From contig MCFE01000039.1 of assembly GCA_002104905.1 (NCBI GenBank), forward strand, positions 1 through 64,000: 64,000 nucleotides of DNA, in the 5' to 3' direction. Positions 61,112 through 64,000 of this stretch are shown here, one piece after another. A model generated the notes under the pieces. The model did no database searches. It was not told the DNA's origin and saw only the letters and a program-made list of their open reading frames with translations. How positions within the stretch are numbered: the first letter of the stretch is position 1; each line of letters begins with the position of its first letter. The position numbers were made by a program, and so were the translations under genes. Origin of the DNA: Basidiobolus meristosporus CBS 931.73 (lineage: Eukaryota > Fungi > Basidiobolomycota).

Positions 61112-64000
61112 TGTTACCATTTGTCATGATCTAAGTAACACATCTTTTTGCAACCCAAATTGATCCATTGAAAATCAGTGATTTGCTTGCTCAACCAGCA
61201 AAACTGAATATTTGATAGCAAATCATATATCACATAAGAGTCATCAGCCACAGCCTACACTTGAAAATTCATTTAGTCAGCAATTGATCTGGCAAAATGT
61301 ATTTAAGGAGCTGCTGGAACCTCAATAAAAATCAGTTCAAAGTTTAGTGAATACAATACTAGCTAAACTCCCTATTCCTCTACAACTCTTATACCAAGAT
61401 TTGTAGCATTGGTAGCAGCAATAACCAGAAACATCCCTCCTGAAGTAAGAAGAAGCCTCCCTCAACATGTCCAGAAATCAAGAATGGAAGAATGCTATGC
61501 AACAAATCCCGGCCCAGCAGCAACAAGGAATGACTACCATAGCCCAAAGCCAGCAAAACCCTGTCAAGAGCAACTTTAGTGTGAAGGTCAACAGGACCAT
61601 GGTAGAGTCAGTGAAAACCTGGGAACTTGGCTCTTCCAGATTGAAGAAGCATTCAAGGCTAAGGGAATTGCTCCAGATAGCAAGTTACACTATGAAGCCT
61701 CTTACCTGGCAAATGCAGCTTTACAGTACTACCATAACAAGATCAGGTCAGCCACCATGATGGGATGCTCTACAATCTCTACCTGGGATGAGTTTGTGTT
61801 GGAAAATCAGGATGCCTTTGAGCCCCCACACCAACAGACACTACTAAGAAGAAAGTTGAAGACACTCAGACAGAAAGGAATGGTCCAAGAGTACATCTAT
61901 GAATATAGATATCTACTTCGGCAAATTGAAAGAATGGACACTCTGGATCAAGTTGAATACTTTATTGATGGGTTGAAAGAAAGAACTTGTAAGGTAGTGA
62001 AATATCAAAGGCCTCAGACTATTCAAGAAGCCATCAAGATTGCCATTGACTATGACTCAGCTATGTTTGGAGTTGGGAAGTGCACAATGACTAATTAGAG
62101 AGGCTACAATCACTATGAAAGAAGACAATCAGAACAGTGCCAATGGAAATAGCCACTATACAGAAGAATCCTACCTCAGACATATGTGAGAAGAAAGGAA
62201 TTTGCTTCAATTGCTACCAGCAAGGACATATTGCAAAGTACTGCCCTCAGAGACAAAATGGACACCAGCCATCAAGAACCGTTAACCATTTTGAGGCCCG
62301 GGAGCATAGTAACATGGAGGATGAACTTGAAGAAGACTTAGAGCTCACCTTCCATAAGACAGAGGAATACCTATCCCAGATGACCTCAAACTCAGGAAAG
62401 CTATTAGACTTGAATGGAGTAATCAATGGAGTACCTGCCAAGAGCATGATTGACTCAGGAGTATTGCATGAGTACATGTCGGAGCAATTTGCTTTGAAAG
62501 CTGGATTCAACTTGGAACCCACAAAATCAACTTCAGTCTCAATGGCTGATGGGAACTCTCACATAATCAACCATATTACTCAGCCAGTAAGGATGAAGAT
62601 CAATGACTATGAAGAAGATCTACAGGCCTATATATCTGGGAAATACAAGTTTGACCTTGTACTTGGAAAAACCTTGCTATTTTGTCAAATCCATCAATCA
62701 ACCGTAGAGCCCATGCTACTCAGATCCAGATGGACAACAAGACCTATGAGCTATTATCTGCCAGACTGGATTTTAACTTGGTCAATTCCAGTGTGTGTGA
62801 AACAAGTGAACTTAACAAGACACAGTTCTCTAGAGCACTAAGTACGGCACCCAGATGTTCCTCATGGCAGTATTACCGGATGATTCCTCTACTCCAGTAC
62901 CCCACAAGGTCCAGACTCTTTTAAAGGAATATTCAGACGTATTTCCAGATGAGCTTGTAAGCCTACCATCAGTCAGAGACATGGATCATGCCATTGAAAC
63001 ACAAGATAGCACTCCAGTGAGTAAGACACCGTACAGAATGAGTCCATTGGAGTTGTAAGAGATGAAGAGAAAATAGATCAGTTACTGGAGCAAGGATATA
63101 TCAGACACAGCAAGTTGCCTTGGGGAGCACTAGTACTCTTTGTGAAGAAGAAGGATGGAACACTTAGGATGTGCATTGACTTCAGAGCTCTCAACTCAGT
63201 TACCATCAAGAATAAGTACCCCATACCTTGGATTGATGAGCTTTTGGACCAACTCAATGGAGCCACTATTTTCAGCAAGATTGACCTCATGTCAGGATAC
63301 AACCAGATTAGGGTGAAGGCAGAAGACATCCCTAAGTCAGCATTCAGGACCAGATATGGACATTACAAGTACTTAGTCATGAGTTTTGGCCTCACCAAGG
63401 CCCTTGCAACATTCATGACCCTGATGCAGACTGTCTTCCAGGAGTACTTAGACAAGTTTGTGATAATCTACCTAAATGATATATTGATATACAGAAAGAC
63501 AGATGATGATCACTTGTTGCTCATTGAAAAGATCTTGGAGAATCTAAGAGAGAACAAGCCTCATGGCAAGCTACCCAAGTGTGAACACTTTAAGGAACAC
63601 ATAGAATATCTGGGACACATAGTATGCAAGTATTGCAGCCCTGTTTACTGATATCCTCAAGAAAGACAATACCTACAAGTGGTACATAGCTTGTGAGACT
63701 GCCTTCCAGATGCTCAGGAATGAGTATGCTAAGCTACCAAGCTTGAGAATACCTCACTTCAGAAAAGAGTTTACTCTGTGCACACTTGCTTCAGATGATG
63801 CAATTGGCGGAGTGTTGAGCCAAGAACACAAGGGAAAGGACTACCCTGTTGCCTTTAAATCCAAGAAGCTGAACTTAGCAGAACAAAACTATCCAGTGCA
63901 TGAGAAGGAGTCAAATGCACTGTGAAGACTGATCATGCCTCCCTCAAGTATACATTTACTCAGAAGGTACTCTTAAGAAGAATGACAAGATGGAGTGAAT
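61112..64000 (+). mobile_element. Ty3/Gypsy retrotransposon relic (candidate 5' LTR 61112-61408, PBS-like tggtagcagc, gag, protease, RT, RNase H; runs off the window)
   Basis: Retrotrans_gag LRRKLKTLRQKGMVQEY, CFNCYQQGHIAKYC, MIDSG, FVKKKDGTLRMCIDFRALN, YLND, AIGGVLSQ; protease-RT-RNase H order. Confidence 0.92.

Overview
Eukaryotic, intron-rich fungal genomic DNA. It looks like an early-diverging fungus (Zoopagomycota/Mucoromycota-like), inferred from gene content and intron style, not verified. The window has two compartments. (1) About 1.6-32.0 kb is a compact, CpG-rich gene island with about 16 spliced or single-exon genes: a 13-unit Arg/Tyr/acidic tandem-repeat protein, a secreted Thr-stalk/CBM19-like protein, HMCES/SRAP, SDH4, an F-box/RCC1 (Saf1-like) protein, AP-1 sigma, APC5, a triple-START membrane-anchored protein, a small two-motif protein, MUS81, SF3B5, a NOP6-like RRM protein, queuosine-salvage QNG1 head-to-head with TatD, an HMG-box protein, a strongly divergent CHO2-like protein and an animal-type 4E-BP. 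(2) Bases 1-1.25 kb and 32.1-64 kb are AT-richer, almost CpG-free nested transposon fields. They hold at least two Ty1/Copia families with half-tRNA-type primer sites, a solo LTR of a third LTR family, CACTA-like transposase relics, a Ty3/Gypsy relic and decayed ORFs of unknown origin. One Copia is young and near-intact (349-bp LTRs, GTAAC target-site duplication). No rRNA, tRNA or CRISPR could be supported. Exon boundaries were read by hand and all homology calls come from recognised motifs, not database searches.
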